Assembly (NCBI GenBank): GCA_011605725.1
Contig: JAAOZP010000012.1
Coordinates: 128,001-192,000 of the forward strand
Length of the DNA stretch: 64,000 nucleotides
Origin: Nitrososphaerota archaeon
GTDB taxonomy: Archaea > Thermoproteota > EX4484-205 > JAAOZP01
Reading direction: 5' to 3'
The notes below the pieces were generated by a model that saw only the letters and a list, made by a program, of their open reading frames with translations, made no database searches and was not told where the DNA came from. Within the stretch, counting starts at the first letter, position 1. Every line of letters begins with the position of its first letter. The position numbers and the translations under genes are program-made. This document shows, in pieces, positions 38,707-48,820 of this stretch.

Positions 38707-39942
38707 TCACTGAAGCACTCTTGGCGCAGCCGGAAGGTTTCCCCTAATCCATGGGTTTCCACTCGCTTCCTCAAGCGTCTTCATGTAGAGAGCCCTAGTT
38801 CTCTCAGCAATAGACCTCCAATCATACGTCTCAGCAACCTTTTTGAAAGCATTCTGCTTTAAACGCTCCGCCGTTTCAGGATTATCCAGCAAGTAGGAGA
38901 TCGCGCGGGACAACGAGTCTGAATCGTTAGCCTCCACCTTTAGGCCGTTCACATTATTCTCAACTATCTCCGAGAGACCCCCTACATCGGAAACTATCAC
39001 TGGAACCCCGGAAGCCATCGCCTCTAAAGCCACTATGCCAAAAGGCTCGTATAGACTTGGAAACACTGCTACTGTAGCACACTTGTAGAGTCGTCTGAGA
39101 GTCTCGTCATCCACATAGCCGGTGAAATGCGCTTTGGGAAAAATGTTTAATTGTCCCGCGACTCGCATCAGCTCCTCTTTATAATACCCTTCTCCAACCA
39201 CTACCAGTTTGGCTTCAGGATGAGAGTTCAGCACACTCGGCATCGCTCTTAAGAGCACGTCAACCCCTTTCTCCGGGACAAGCCTCCCAACATAAAGAAT
39301 GATCTTCTCGTTTTCTGCAGCGTATCGCGACCTGAAGTCCTTCAGACAGGAATAGCCGTTAAACTGATTTCTATCCACACCATTCGGTATCACTATTATC
39401 TTGTCGGAAGGCGTGTTGAAGAACCTTACTACTTCCTCCTTCATGTAATTACTGCAGCAAACCACTTTCCAAGACTCGTAGGTTAACCACCATTCTATCT
39501 GGTGTATCATTCTTTGGTAATCAGTGTGTAACCCGCGCCGCCTACCCTGCTCGGTTGAATGTATAGTGGATATGAGTGGGACCCTACACAGGTGTTTTAT
39601 CGATATCGCTGGTTTAGCGACAAGCCAGTCGTGCGCGTGAACAATGTCGACACGGCCCCACTCTTTAACCGTTTTCACAGCCTCGCGCTCCATATTGATG
39701 TTCATGAGGAGAACCCAAGATGCGAAATCCGGCGTCGGCGCAGTATAGGATTCAACTCTTTTCACAGTCATGTTTCCAAGCTTCTCCGTCTCAGGAGCCC
39801 CCGGATAATTACACGTGAGCAAGATTATTTCTACACCAATGTTCCGCAGCTCCTCGGTAAGATGCTTGACGTGCGTAGCTAATCCCCCGATTACACGGGG
39901 AGGATACTCCCAGGACAACATAAGAACCCTGAGTCTATCCAT
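38707..39942 (-). CDS. GT4 glycosyltransferase (glycogen/alpha-glucan synthase-like)
   Basis: WEYPPRVIGGL, HAHDW, HSTE, GRLVPEKG, YEPFGIVALEAMA. Confidence 0.9.
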   Translation of the reverse strand: MDRLRVLMLSWEYPPRVIGGLATHVKHLTEELRNIGVEIILLTCNYPGAPETEKLGNMTVKRVESYTAPTPDFASWVLLMNINMEREAVKTVKEWGRVDIVHAHDWLVAKPAISIKHLCRVPLISTIHSTEQGRRRGLHTDYQRMIHQIEWWLTYESWKVVCCSNYMKEEVVRFFNTPSDKIIVIPNGVDRNQFNGYSCLKDFRSRYAAENEKIILYVGRLVPEKGVDVLLRAMPSVLNSHPEAKLVVVGEGYYKEELMRVAGQLNIFPKAHFTGYVDDETLRRLYKCATVAVFPSLYEPFGIVALEAMASGVPVIVSDVGGLSEIVENNVNGLKVEANDSDSLSRAISYLLDNPETAERLKQNAFKKVAETYDWRSIAERTRALYMKTLEEASGNPWIRGNLPAAPRVLQ

Positions 39943-40549
39943 GGCTCTCAGAAACCTCCTCGTAAACCCTAATTAATTCTTCAACAGCATTCATACTGTT
40001 AAACTCCACTAGGTGCAGCTTTTTAACACACCAGGGATATAATGCTCTAATCATACTGTAGGTTGCTGCCGAGTGTGCCACAATGCGGTCTGCGAGACTC
40101 GCAGAGAACGATTCAACCCACTTAATAGTCTGACCTAGGAGGGAGAGATTAGAATGGGACCTGAGCTCCTCTAGAGACAGGAAACTTTGCACGTAAGGTG
40201 TTGGAACAGCCTCTTTTAATGAAATCAACGCTAGCGCGGAACTCCATTCGAAAGCATGAATTATATCAATACTAGGCTGCTCCCACAGTAAGTCAGCCAG
40301 TATTCTAGTGTACTCGCAGCTTAGGCTTGACGCCCAGGTAAAAGGGTTAACGTGGGACGAGACCTTGTTGGAAACATAGTATACCTTTACGCCACCCTTT
40401 ACTTCAAACCCGCTTCTCCAGTCGTCGAAAGCCATAACATTAACGTCAAACCCCTCATTCGAAAGAGACCTTGCTATAAAACTGACGATGTTCGAGAGCT
40501 CCCCCACTATGCGAGGAGGAAATTCAGTGGTTAGTAGAACAATCCTCAA
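39935..40549 (-). CDS. GT4 N-terminal-domain-only protein
   Basis: EFPPRIVGEL and HAFEW; the C-terminal donor-binding domain is absent; overlaps the downstream GT4 start. Confidence 0.7.
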   Translation of the reverse strand: MRIVLLTTEFPPRIVGELSNIVSFIARSLSNEGFDVNVMAFDDWRSGFEVKGGVKVYYVSNKVSSHVNPFTWASSLSCEYTRILADLLWEQPSIDIIHAFEWSSALALISLKEAVPTPYVQSFLSLEELRSHSNLSLLGQTIKWVESFSASLADRIVAHSAATYSMIRALYPWCVKKLHLVEFNSMNAVEELIRVYEEVSESHG

Positions 40550-40558
40550 CGTTACGCA

Positions 40559-40819
40559 TCACGAGAATAGGGATTCTATCTTTATCAGGCCTAGACCCGT
40601 CAAATGAAACTTCTTCCTACCAACCCGGTCCTGAAGAGACGCTACGTAGCCCCTACTAGCAAGGTCGAAAAGCCTATGAATCAATTCCTCTGGATTTATC
40701 ATAAGGATTTTAGCAACATCCTCAGCTTCCACCGCTTTCCCAGGTTCTACAGCCGCCAAGTTATGAAGCTGCAGAAGTATCTTTACATCAGCATCCTCGT
40801 AAGCATTGGGTTCAGCCAT
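40559..40819 (-). CDS. Small winged-HTH protein (putative regulator)
   Basis: ED-VAKIL...EELIHRL..L...GYV...KFHLT..G pattern; first gene of the transcription unit. Confidence 0.65.
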   Translation of the reverse strand: MAEPNAYEDADVKILLQLHNLAAVEPGKAVEAEDVAKILMINPEELIHRLFDLASRGYVASLQDRVGRKKFHLTGLGLIKIESLFS

Positions 40820-40878
40820 CTAAAATATGTTACTTCAAGCGCCCTATTTAAGCTTAAATAAAATCCTCTCATCCCGTA

Positions 40879-42150
40879 TTGAGGATGAAAGGAGTGGTAT
40901 TGTGCTTCGAAGTTCATCAGCCTTACAGGATAAGGCAAAGGATAGTAGAGCAGATAGCTTCAAAGCAAACAGTAAGGTTCAGAGACCTCGAGAAAATATA
41001 TTTTGACGAGGAGCTTAACAAACAGATATTCAAGAGGGTTTCGGAAAGATGTTATCTGCCGGCTGGCGAAGTCTTGACCAACATTATTGAGAGGCAGAAG
41101 TCTGACGATAGGGGGCTTAGAGTTGCTTTCAGTCTGAGCGGGCTCTTCATAGAGCAGGCTAGAAAATATGATGAAAGAGTGCTTCAAGCCTTCAGGGACC
41201 TCTCGGACACAGGTAGAGTTGAATTTTTAGCACAGACCTATTACCATTCTCTCGTAAGCCTCTACTCGGAGGAGAGGCCTGAGTTTATAGAGCAGGTTAT
41301 GAAGCATGTGAATGCTGTAGGTGAGGAGTTTAATAAGAAACCCACTGTTTTCGAAAACACTGAGCTCATCTATAACAATTCCATAGCTAGAACAGTTGAA
41401 AAAATGGGTTTTAAGGCTATTTTCACCGAAGGCGTTGAAAGAATTCTTGGCTGGAGGTCTCCGAACTACGTTTATTCCCCGAAAGGATTATCCCGCTTGA
41501 AGCTGCTTCTTAGAAACTATAGGCTCACCGACGACATAGGCTTCAGGTTTTCATCAACCAGGTGGGAACAGTATCCTTTGACCGCTGAAAAATACGCGTC
41601 ATGGCTTGCCGCCACACCTGGAGACTGCATCAACATATTCATGGATTATGAGACCTTCGGGGAACACCATTGGAAGGAAACCGGCATATTCGATTTTCTA
41701 AGAGCCCTGCCTGAGAAAGTACTCGAATACGAAAACCTTTCATTCATGCTTCCAAGCGAGGTAGTGGAACGCTTCGATGCGAGGGACGAGATAGATGTTT
41801 TCGAGCTTGGCGGAACCGTGTCTTGGGCTGACGAGGAAAAGGATTTGACAGCATGGCTGCAGAACCCGATGCAAATTTTTCTTTTCGAAAGAATCAAGGC
41901 TTTGGAGCCCATAGTGAAGACTGTTGGAGACACTTATGCTCTTGAGCTGTGGAGAAGGTTTACAACTAGCGACTATTACTATTATTTAAGCACTAAAACA
42001 GGGGGAGCTGGAGAAGTCCACAGCTATTTTAACCCATATCCTAATCCGTTGAACGCGTACAACAGCATGATGGAGGCGCTGCTTGACTTTGAACTACGAG
42101 TCCGAAGAGCGTACAACAGGAAGAGGCAGGATAGGAAAACCGTGTCTTAA
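40879..42150 (+). CDS. GH57 alpha-amylase family glycoside hydrolase
   Basis: EVHQP, TYYHSL, ENTEL (nucleophile), MDYETFGEH (acid/base), TSD. Confidence 0.92.
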   Translation: MRMKGVVLCFEVHQPYRIRQRIVEQIASKQTVRFRDLEKIYFDEELNKQIFKRVSERCYLPAGEVLTNIIERQKSDDRGLRVAFSLSGLFIEQARKYDERVLQAFRDLSDTGRVEFLAQTYYHSLVSLYSEERPEFIEQVMKHVNAVGEEFNKKPTVFENTELIYNNSIARTVEKMGFKAIFTEGVERILGWRSPNYVYSPKGLSRLKLLLRNYRLTDDIGFRFSSTRWEQYPLTAEKYASWLAATPGDCINIFMDYETFGEHHWKETGIFDFLRALPEKVLEYENLSFMLPSEVVERFDARDEIDVFELGGTVSWADEEKDLTAWLQNPMQIFLFERIKALEPIVKTVGDTYALELWRRFTTSDYYYYLSTKTGGAGEVHSYFNPYPNPLNAYNSMMEALLDFELRVRRAYNRKRQDRKTVS

Positions 42151-43187
42151 ACATTTTTAGACATGTGGAGAGCTTGACGCAGTTGAAAAGCAGCCTCCTC
42201 TGGAGCTGTGATGTTTATAAACGCGCCTGACCCGAGTTCGAAGCCGGCGTGTACAGCGATACGCGGATAAATCTCGATGTGCCAGTGAAAATCCCTATAA
42301 TCCACAGGCTTCGAATGAAAAACAATGTTGAATGAAAAATTGCCCAACACCGTTTTGTAGGCGGAAAAAAGCTCTTTAAAGATTAGCGCGAGATCACTGA
42401 TCTCCTCCAAGCGGGAATCGAGAAAAGAGCCGGCATGACGCTTCGGCACAATCCAGCACTCATACGGAAAGATGCTTGCAAAAGGAGTTACAACCTTGAA
42501 GTGTTCTCCAGCTAACACAAGCCGACTTTCTTCATGAACCTCTTTGATCAACGCGCAAAAATAGCATTCACCATGAACCCGTGTAACCCTTGAGAAAGAC
42601 TCTAACTCTTTTGAGATTAAAGGAGGAATAAACGAACTGCCTATAATCTGGAAATGAGGATGCTTGATGGAGGCTCCAGCCTCCCTACCGTGATTCTTGA
42701 AAATAGCAACATGCTTAACATTCTCGTCAGACTCCATATATCTTCCCCTGTCGAGTAATGCTAGTAGAGGCAGCTCAATGCTTCTAGGCTCAGACAACTC
42801 ATAGCTCCATAAGTGATTCGGGTTCTCGACAACAACCTCATGGTAACCATACGGGTTAAAGCATCCTGGTCTGGAGGGTTCCACCTTAGTGCTGAGCGCG
42901 GGAAACATGTTTGAAAAAACCCTAACAGACCAGTCGCTTCTCCTATGCCCATTCTCGTCAAACGTCTTCAGAATTCTTTGCCCACCCTCTGAAACGTATA
43001 GGAGAACTGCCCTAGGAGTCTTGTCCTCGCAACCGGGGCAGAACGGACATTCCTTATCATCTTCTTTGAATTCCTCACGGTAGAAGTGGGGCCTTTTTCG
43101 TCTTCCTCTCGCAACTATAACAATCCTTCCGGTGAAATCATCGAACCTTACCTCACTCTCCACTTCGCTTGAAGACGGGTTACTCAT
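42147..43187 (-). CDS. galT: GalT-family nucleotidyltransferase (Gal-1-P uridylyltransferase / ADP-glucose phosphorylase-like)
   Basis: CPFCPG, NMFPAL, HEVVVE, GASIKHPHFQ, HWHIEI, AGFELG. Confidence 0.8.
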   Translation of the reverse strand: MSNPSSSEVESEVRFDDFTGRIVIVARGRRKRPHFYREEFKEDDKECPFCPGCEDKTPRAVLLYVSEGGQRILKTFDENGHRRSDWSVRVFSNMFPALSTKVEPSRPGCFNPYGYHEVVVENPNHLWSYELSEPRSIELPLLALLDRGRYMESDENVKHVAIFKNHGREAGASIKHPHFQIIGSSFIPPLISKELESFSRVTRVHGECYFCALIKEVHEESRLVLAGEHFKVVTPFASIFPYECWIVPKRHAGSFLDSRLEEISDLALIFKELFSAYKTVLGNFSFNIVFHSKPVDYRDFHWHIEIYPRIAVHAGFELGSGAFINITAPEEAAFQLRQALHMSKNV

Positions 43188-43259
43188 AATGAATCCGCTG
43201 CTGGACGACTACATAAATCTTGAGAAGTTAAAAACATATAAAGGATAATTACATGCTCA

Positions 43260-44504
43260 GTGAAGAATACCTCTATGAAGATAGCATTCATGGTGTATGA
43301 ATACCCACCCTATCTCGTGGGGGGGCTTGGAACATATGCACAGTATATTACAAAGGAGTTCATTAAGCTTGGGCACGATGTTACTGTTTTCACCATGCAC
43401 AGGGGGACAACTCAGTTGAGAGAAATAACTGGAGGTGTTGAAATCAGGAGATACCCGACAGTGGATGCGAGCGATGTTTTCGCTCCTATAGTGACTGAGG
43501 ATTTGAAGCGCTGGGGAACCTACATAAGGTTCTTCAGCGACATTTTCATCTACAACGTGATGGCTGCGTCAGACCTTGTTGCAGAGACTATGAAGACCAA
43601 AATCGACATAATCTCGTTTCACGACTGGTTGAGCTCCATAGGGGCGTTAATATCTAGAAAACACACAACCATACCGATGGTTTTCCACGTGCATTCGACA
43701 GAATGGGGTAGGACTGGAGACGGCTCCCAAGTAATAAAATACTTGGAGGAGAAGGCGGCTTTAACAGCGGAAAGGATAATTACAGTAAGCTACGCGATGA
43801 AAGAAGACCTGGTTAAACACGGTTGGCCTGAGGATAAGATAAGCGTAGTCTGGAATGGTGTGGATGCTAACGTTTACAATCCTGATAAATGCAGGCCTGA
43901 AGACGTAGAGGCAGTTAGAAGGAGGTATAACATAGGCAGGGAGGAAAACATGCTGCTTTTCATAGGCAGGTTAACATGGGTTAAGGGTGTTAGAAACCTT
44001 ATTCAAGCAATGCCCCTAATCCTCAAGGAGCATCCGAATACGAAGCTGGTTATACTTGGAAGAGGAGAAGAGCAGAAGGATATTGAAGAGTTGACGAGCC
44101 GGCTAGGGCTTTCAAACAACGTTTACTACAGGTATGAGTTCATACCGGAGAACGAACGCATCCTGCATTATGCGGCGGCAGACCTGTGTGTTTTTCCAAG
44201 CATCTACGAACCTTTTGGAATAGTTTCGCTCGAGGCGATGGCGATGAAGAAGCCGATTGTCGTTGGGGCTAGTGGAGTATGCGGATTCAGGGAGCAGGTT
44301 ATCAGCAGCGGACCTGAACAGAATGGTGTACACATAAATGGTAATGATCCGGCGGACATAGCTTGGGGGGTTAAGCTCATATTATCGGATAAAGAAAAAG
44401 CCGTAAAGATGGGTGAAAACGGTAGGAAAAGAGTTCTAAACTACTTTACTTGGGACAAGGTGGCTCAACAAACGATCAAGATATATGAATCACTCTTAAA
44501 ATGA
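43260..44504 (+). CDS. GT4 glycosyltransferase (glycogen synthase-like)
   Basis: EYPPYLVGGLG, HDWL, HSTEWGR, GRLTWVKG, YEPFGIVSLEAMA. Confidence 0.9.
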   Translation: MKNTSMKIAFMVYEYPPYLVGGLGTYAQYITKEFIKLGHDVTVFTMHRGTTQLREITGGVEIRRYPTVDASDVFAPIVTEDLKRWGTYIRFFSDIFIYNVMAASDLVAETMKTKIDIISFHDWLSSIGALISRKHTTIPMVFHVHSTEWGRTGDGSQVIKYLEEKAALTAERIITVSYAMKEDLVKHGWPEDKISVVWNGVDANVYNPDKCRPEDVEAVRRRYNIGREENMLLFIGRLTWVKGVRNLIQAMPLILKEHPNTKLVILGRGEEQKDIEELTSRLGLSNNVYYRYEFIPENERILHYAAADLCVFPSIYEPFGIVSLEAMAMKKPIVVGASGVCGFREQVISSGPEQNGVHINGNDPADIAWGVKLILSDKEKAVKMGENGRKRVLNYFTWDKVAQQTIKIYESLLK

Positions 44505-44542
44505 ACAACTATCAAAATATGCTTAGAGATTAAAACAGATTA

Positions 44543-45826
44543 TTACTCCGCCATTCTAACAACATCCTCATAGGTCTGGAGAAACTTATTCTTATAGGTC
44601 ATTCCCGGAGGAAGAGTTAGACCCGGGTTTACCCTTGTGTTTATAAGCCTACAGCCCTCCCGGATCCGGACTGAGTTTCCAACTGTTGAGAAGGACTCTA
44701 TTAGGGTAGGCTTTTCTTTAGAGGATTCAACTATTACTTTCCTACCTATAATGCTATCAAATATGCCAGCGTAATCACCTATCTTTGCAGCATCCATAAT
44801 CGCCGACCTCTCGATGACAACGTGCTCACCTATAATGCAGAAATTGTCTATTGAAGAATCCATTATCTTGGAATAGTCGCCTATCCTAGTATGCCTACCT
44901 ATTAATACAGCCCCCTCTAAACCGAGCTTGTTTTCATTAAATTTTCTCACGATCTCCTCCCTCCTTCTTATAGACTCCTCACTATAGCCCTGGACCCAGA
45001 TATTCTTCCCAGGCACAATCCTTTCCTCAGTTATCCTGATATCCAATGCGCCCTTGAGAACGTTAAGCATCGCCTCCAGGTATTTCTCTGGAGAACCAAC
45101 GTCAAACCAAATCGGGATTTCGTAGCCGTAAACCGGGAAACCCCTATCCACGAGATACGGAATCAAGTCGTATCCGAAGTCAAGCCTCCCCTTCCCATTC
45201 CTAATCCTCATCACTTCTTCCCCATCCACTATGCTTCTCAGTTCTGGTGACAACAAGTATATTCCGGCATTCACAAGGTTGCTGGGTGCCTGATTAGGCT
45301 GAGGCTTTTCAACGAACCGCTTGATCCTCATGTCATGGTCAACATCAGCAACACCGTATTCTTCCACGTTCCCCACCCTTATCAACGCGATGCTCATCAA
45401 AGCGTTTCTCTCCTCGTGTTTCCTAACAAAATCATTCAGATCGAAGCTAAAGAGGTTGTCACCCTGAACCACGATCACAGGCTTACGAATATCGTAATAC
45501 TCCATGTTTATCCTGTATGAATCAGCGCTTCCGACATCATCAAGATTAGGCTGATGTTTAATGTGGATTCTTGGTTCAATCCTATACTTGGCCGAGAATC
45601 CTATTCCCTCCCCATACTGGTCGAAGAGATTAGAATAATTCGTATAGCCCATTTCCCCGAATATGAAATTCCTAACACCCTGCTCAGCCAAAGCAATCAT
45701 CGAAAACTCTATCAGGGGTCTGTTAAGAAATCTTACACAGGGCTTAGAAACATCGTGAGACAATGGCCTCAGCCTTTTAGCTTGACCACCCACGGGTATG
45801 AAACAAACTAAGTCCTGAACCCTCAT
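44543..45826 (-). CDS. NDP-sugar synthase (glucose-1-P/mannose-1-P nucleotidyltransferase) with LbH C-terminus
   Basis: GGQAKRLRPL...KP, GDNL, YGV, FVEKP, NAGIY, DFGYDLIP, WFDVG. Track start is 45853. Confidence 0.85.
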   Translation of the reverse strand: MRVQDLVCFIPVGGQAKRLRPLSHDVSKPCVRFLNRPLIEFSMIALAEQGVRNFIFGEMGYTNYSNLFDQYGEGIGFSAKYRIEPRIHIKHQPNLDDVGSADSYRINMEYYDIRKPVIVVQGDNLFSFDLNDFVRKHEERNALMSIALIRVGNVEEYGVADVDHDMRIKRFVEKPQPNQAPSNLVNAGIYLLSPELRSIVDGEEVMRIRNGKGRLDFGYDLIPYLVDRGFPVYGYEIPIWFDVGSPEKYLEAMLNVLKGALDIRITEERIVPGKNIWVQGYSEESIRRREEIVRKFNENKLGLEGAVLIGRHTRIGDYSKIMDSSIDNFCIIGEHVVIERSAIMDAAKIGDYAGIFDSIIGRKVIVESSKEKPTLIESFSTVGNSVRIREGCRLINTRVNPGLTLPPGMTYKNKFLQTYEDVVRMAE

Positions 45827-45950
45827 ACATCCGTATACTGGATGAAGAAACATTTATTCTTAACGGCGATAGAAAGACTCGAAAGCCCGTTGCTAAACCG
45901 CTTTTTCAGAGCCCTGCGGATCCAGGATACTTCTATCCCGCAATATTCGC

Positions 45951-47882
45951 CTAGCTGCGGACAAGTTTCATAACGGCTTCAACAAGCGAATCCTCATCCA
46001 AGCCCGCCATTCTATAAAGGTCTTCAAACGCCCCAGAGGAACCGTATTCAGTAATTCCCAACCGTTTTATTCTAACACTGTAGCCTCGCTCAGCAACAGC
46101 CTGTGAAACGGAGGCTCCTAACCCAGTTTTAACATTATGATCCTCGTAAGTTATAATCCTGCCTGTTTTAGCAGCTTCCTCCAAAACTTTCTCGTCAACC
46201 TCCAGAGGACTGGAAACATTAACCACCATAACGTTGACACCCATATCTCTAAGCCTCTCCCAAGCTGAGACAGCTTTATGAGCTATTGAGCCCATGGTGA
46301 ATATTGCAGCATCACCGCCGGTCCTCAAGACATCCGCCGTACCATACTTGAAAACGTAGTTTCCAGCAAATACTTCCCTACCGGCCTCATCAGTAATTAT
46401 CGGTAGCCTCGACCTTCCCACGGCGAGCAGAAAGTTGCCGGGTGTTGACGCGATGAACCTCGTAGCCCTGTCAGTCTGATTAGCGTCAGCAGGCACTATA
46501 ATCCTGAAACCGTAAAGATTCCTGAAAACACCCACGTAATCAATGCAGTGATGAGTCTTCCCGTCTTCACCGACGTTTAAACCACAGTGCGTAACGACAA
46601 CCTTAAGGTTCGTATGGTTAATATCGTTAAGCCTATGCTGATTATAGGTCTCGTCAACACCGAAAACCCCGAAGTCCACGAAGAAGGATACAACCCCCTG
46701 GATTGAAGCTGCTCCTGCAATAGTCGCCGTGGTGTGCTCCTGAACACCGGCTTGGAAGAAATTGTGCGGGAATTTCTTCGCGAACTCCATTGTCCTGACG
46801 GACTCAGCCAAGTCGCAGTCAAAAACGGCGATTAAAGGTTTCTCCACCCCTTGGGCTTCAGCGATGTCGATTAAAGCATTGCCGAAAGCCTGCCTGGTTT
46901 CCACATGGCTTCCAGCCCCGTATGTCCTCGGCAACCCAGGCTTGAGCACCACTGTTTCCGAGCATGATTCGTAAGTTTTGCGGCGTGAAGAATCTTTAAG
47001 CTCTGAGGCGAATCTGTTTCTCAACTCCCTATACTTGTCTAGATCATCCTCAACGCCCAGTTCCTGAATCGCCTTCTTATACTCATCTATTTTCAACGGT
47101 CTGCCGTGATACTCCTCGTTACCCTCCATGAAGGAAACTCCCTTCCCCATTACTGTCCGAGCGATTACGACTGTTGGAGAACCGTCGGTCACAGCCTCGT
47201 TCAACGCGCTTCGCAGAGCTTTAAAATCGTGACCATCAGTCTCAACAACCCTCCAGCTGTCTGACGCATATCCCTCCTTAATGTTGACCGGCATCACCTC
47301 ATACGTCTTACCACTTATCTGCCTCTCATTATAGTCGACTATCACGGTAATGTTTGAAAAACCATACTTATGGGCGAACCTCCTAGCCTCAGCAACCTGC
47401 CCCTTAGCCTGCTCCGCGTCACTCATAGCGACGAAAACATGGTAGTCCATGCCTCTCACCCTTCCTGCGACAGCGAAGCCGCATCCAGCAGAGAGACCTT
47501 GGCCAAGGTTCCCAGTGGACCACTCCACCCCTGGGACACATCTCTCCACATGACCCTCGAAACGGCTGCCGGCAAGCCTGAAAGTGGCTATCGCCTCGTC
47601 AATGTCGAAGAAACCGAGCCTGCCTAAGGCAGCGTAAACACCTGGGGAAGTATGACCGTGGCTGATGACTATCCTATCCCTAGCCGGCCAGCATGGATCT
47701 TTAGGCCTGACTCTTGCGAAAGAGAAGAGAGCAAGATAGATGTCTATACTGGACATGGATCCCCCGGGGTGTCCCGAGGCAGCTAAAGTAGTCATCTTCA
47801 AAATATCGCCTCGCGCTATTCTACCCATTTCCCTCAGCCTTTCAAGATGCTCGTCCGCTATCCATCTCCTAGGAGGATTCAT
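45951..47882 (-). CDS. tkt: Transketolase, single chain with fused N- and C-domains
   Basis: SGHPGGS, RDRIVISHGH, GNLGQGLS, KGKG-like MGKG, HG, GEDGKTH, EDH. Start ATG 47882 follows a TATA-like TTTTTATT (track 47993). Confidence 0.88.
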   Translation of the reverse strand: MNPPRRWIADEHLERLREMGRIARGDILKMTTLAASGHPGGSMSSIDIYLALFSFARVRPKDPCWPARDRIVISHGHTSPGVYAALGRLGFFDIDEAIATFRLAGSRFEGHVERCVPGVEWSTGNLGQGLSAGCGFAVAGRVRGMDYHVFVAMSDAEQAKGQVAEARRFAHKYGFSNITVIVDYNERQISGKTYEVMPVNIKEGYASDSWRVVETDGHDFKALRSALNEAVTDGSPTVVIARTVMGKGVSFMEGNEEYHGRPLKIDEYKKAIQELGVEDDLDKYRELRNRFASELKDSSRRKTYESCSETVVLKPGLPRTYGAGSHVETRQAFGNALIDIAEAQGVEKPLIAVFDCDLAESVRTMEFAKKFPHNFFQAGVQEHTTATIAGAASIQGVVSFFVDFGVFGVDETYNQHRLNDINHTNLKVVVTHCGLNVGEDGKTHHCIDYVGVFRNLYGFRIIVPADANQTDRATRFIASTPGNFLLAVGRSRLPIITDEAGREVFAGNYVFKYGTADVLRTGGDAAIFTMGSIAHKAVSAWERLRDMGVNVMVVNVSSPLEVDEKVLEEAAKTGRIITYEDHNVKTGLGASVSQAVAERGYSVRIKRLGITEYGSSGAFEDLYRMAGLDEDSLVEAVMKLVRS

Positions 47883-47948
47883 GCAAAAGCGTCCTGACGA
47901 GGAGGAATAAAAAGTTATTCCGTGCCCGAGAGCGATTCTAGGCGCGCG

Positions 47949-48020
47949 CTGCATATTATTTCCATTGAACCCAGGTATGGGCTTCTCGAGCAAGTGTATA
48001 GGAAGATCGTTGGGTGTTGA
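47949..48020 (+). pseudogene. Possible C-terminal remnant of an ABC ATPase gene
   Basis: Frame reads LHIISIEPRYGLLEQVYRKIVGC* and ends at the permease start; resembles the LEevf-type tail of ABC-2 ATPases. Confidence 0.4.
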
Positions 48021-48820
48021 AAAAAATGAGTCGGTTGGGATCTTTGATTAGAATGGAGATCGTAAGGCTATTAAAGTTCCCAGTGTTAGAGCTGATAACT
48101 ATAGCAGCGATATTTTTTGCATTAAGCAGCGCCTTAAACTTCGATTACCCTAGTGTTACTCGCTTTTCAGACGAATTAAGTCCAAGTACATTATGGCAAG
48201 ACCAGCTTAACAGGTTCATGAAAAATCTTGTGTGGCGGCATCTGGCCCCATATTTCGGCTCCTATAACTATGTGGCTTTCATCTATGCCGCTTTAACAGC
48301 CATGATTGCTGGAGACCTTTCGTCGGGACATATGGCGCTGATATTTTCTCAACCTTTCAAGAGAAGCGAGATATTTATGGTCAGGGCCGGCCTAACCTTT
48401 CTGGTTCCCTTAGTAGTGTATCTACTGGCCAATTCAGCAATAATCTTGATTGTAGGAGGCTTAAGCTGCTTCCTTGCAAACCCGGGATACACTCAAATCT
48501 GCTACAGCCTTGCTACCACATCTTTTCTCTATGTATTCTCAGTATGCCTCTCCTTGACATTAATAGTTAAAGAGACGATCCCAAGCTTCATATCTTCCCT
48601 AATGTTTCTATACGGTATTGATTACGCTGCAAGGATATTTCAAGAAAAATGGGTTAGAATCTTAATACCTAATACTGCCCTAACTGATTTCTGGTTTGCA
48701 CTAGGCTCCCCCTTGCTTGAAGAAAGTCCGCCATGGTCCTCTCTATTAACGCCTATGGCGATCTCGATTGCCCTCATAGCAGTTTGTTACCTTTACTTCA
48801 CTAGGGAGCTTGAGGTTTGA
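48014..48820 (+). CDS. ABC-2 type exporter permease
   Basis: Six TM segments; DLSSG...LIFSQPFKRSEIF motif. Confidence 0.75.
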   Translation: MLKKMSRLGSLIRMEIVRLLKFPVLELITIAAIFFALSSALNFDYPSVTRFSDELSPSTLWQDQLNRFMKNLVWRHLAPYFGSYNYVAFIYAALTAMIAGDLSSGHMALIFSQPFKRSEIFMVRAGLTFLVPLVVYLLANSAIILIVGGLSCFLANPGYTQICYSLATTSFLYVFSVCLSLTLIVKETIPSFISSLMFLYGIDYAARIFQEKWVRILIPNTALTDFWFALGSPLLEESPPWSSLLTPMAISIALIAVCYLYFTRELEV

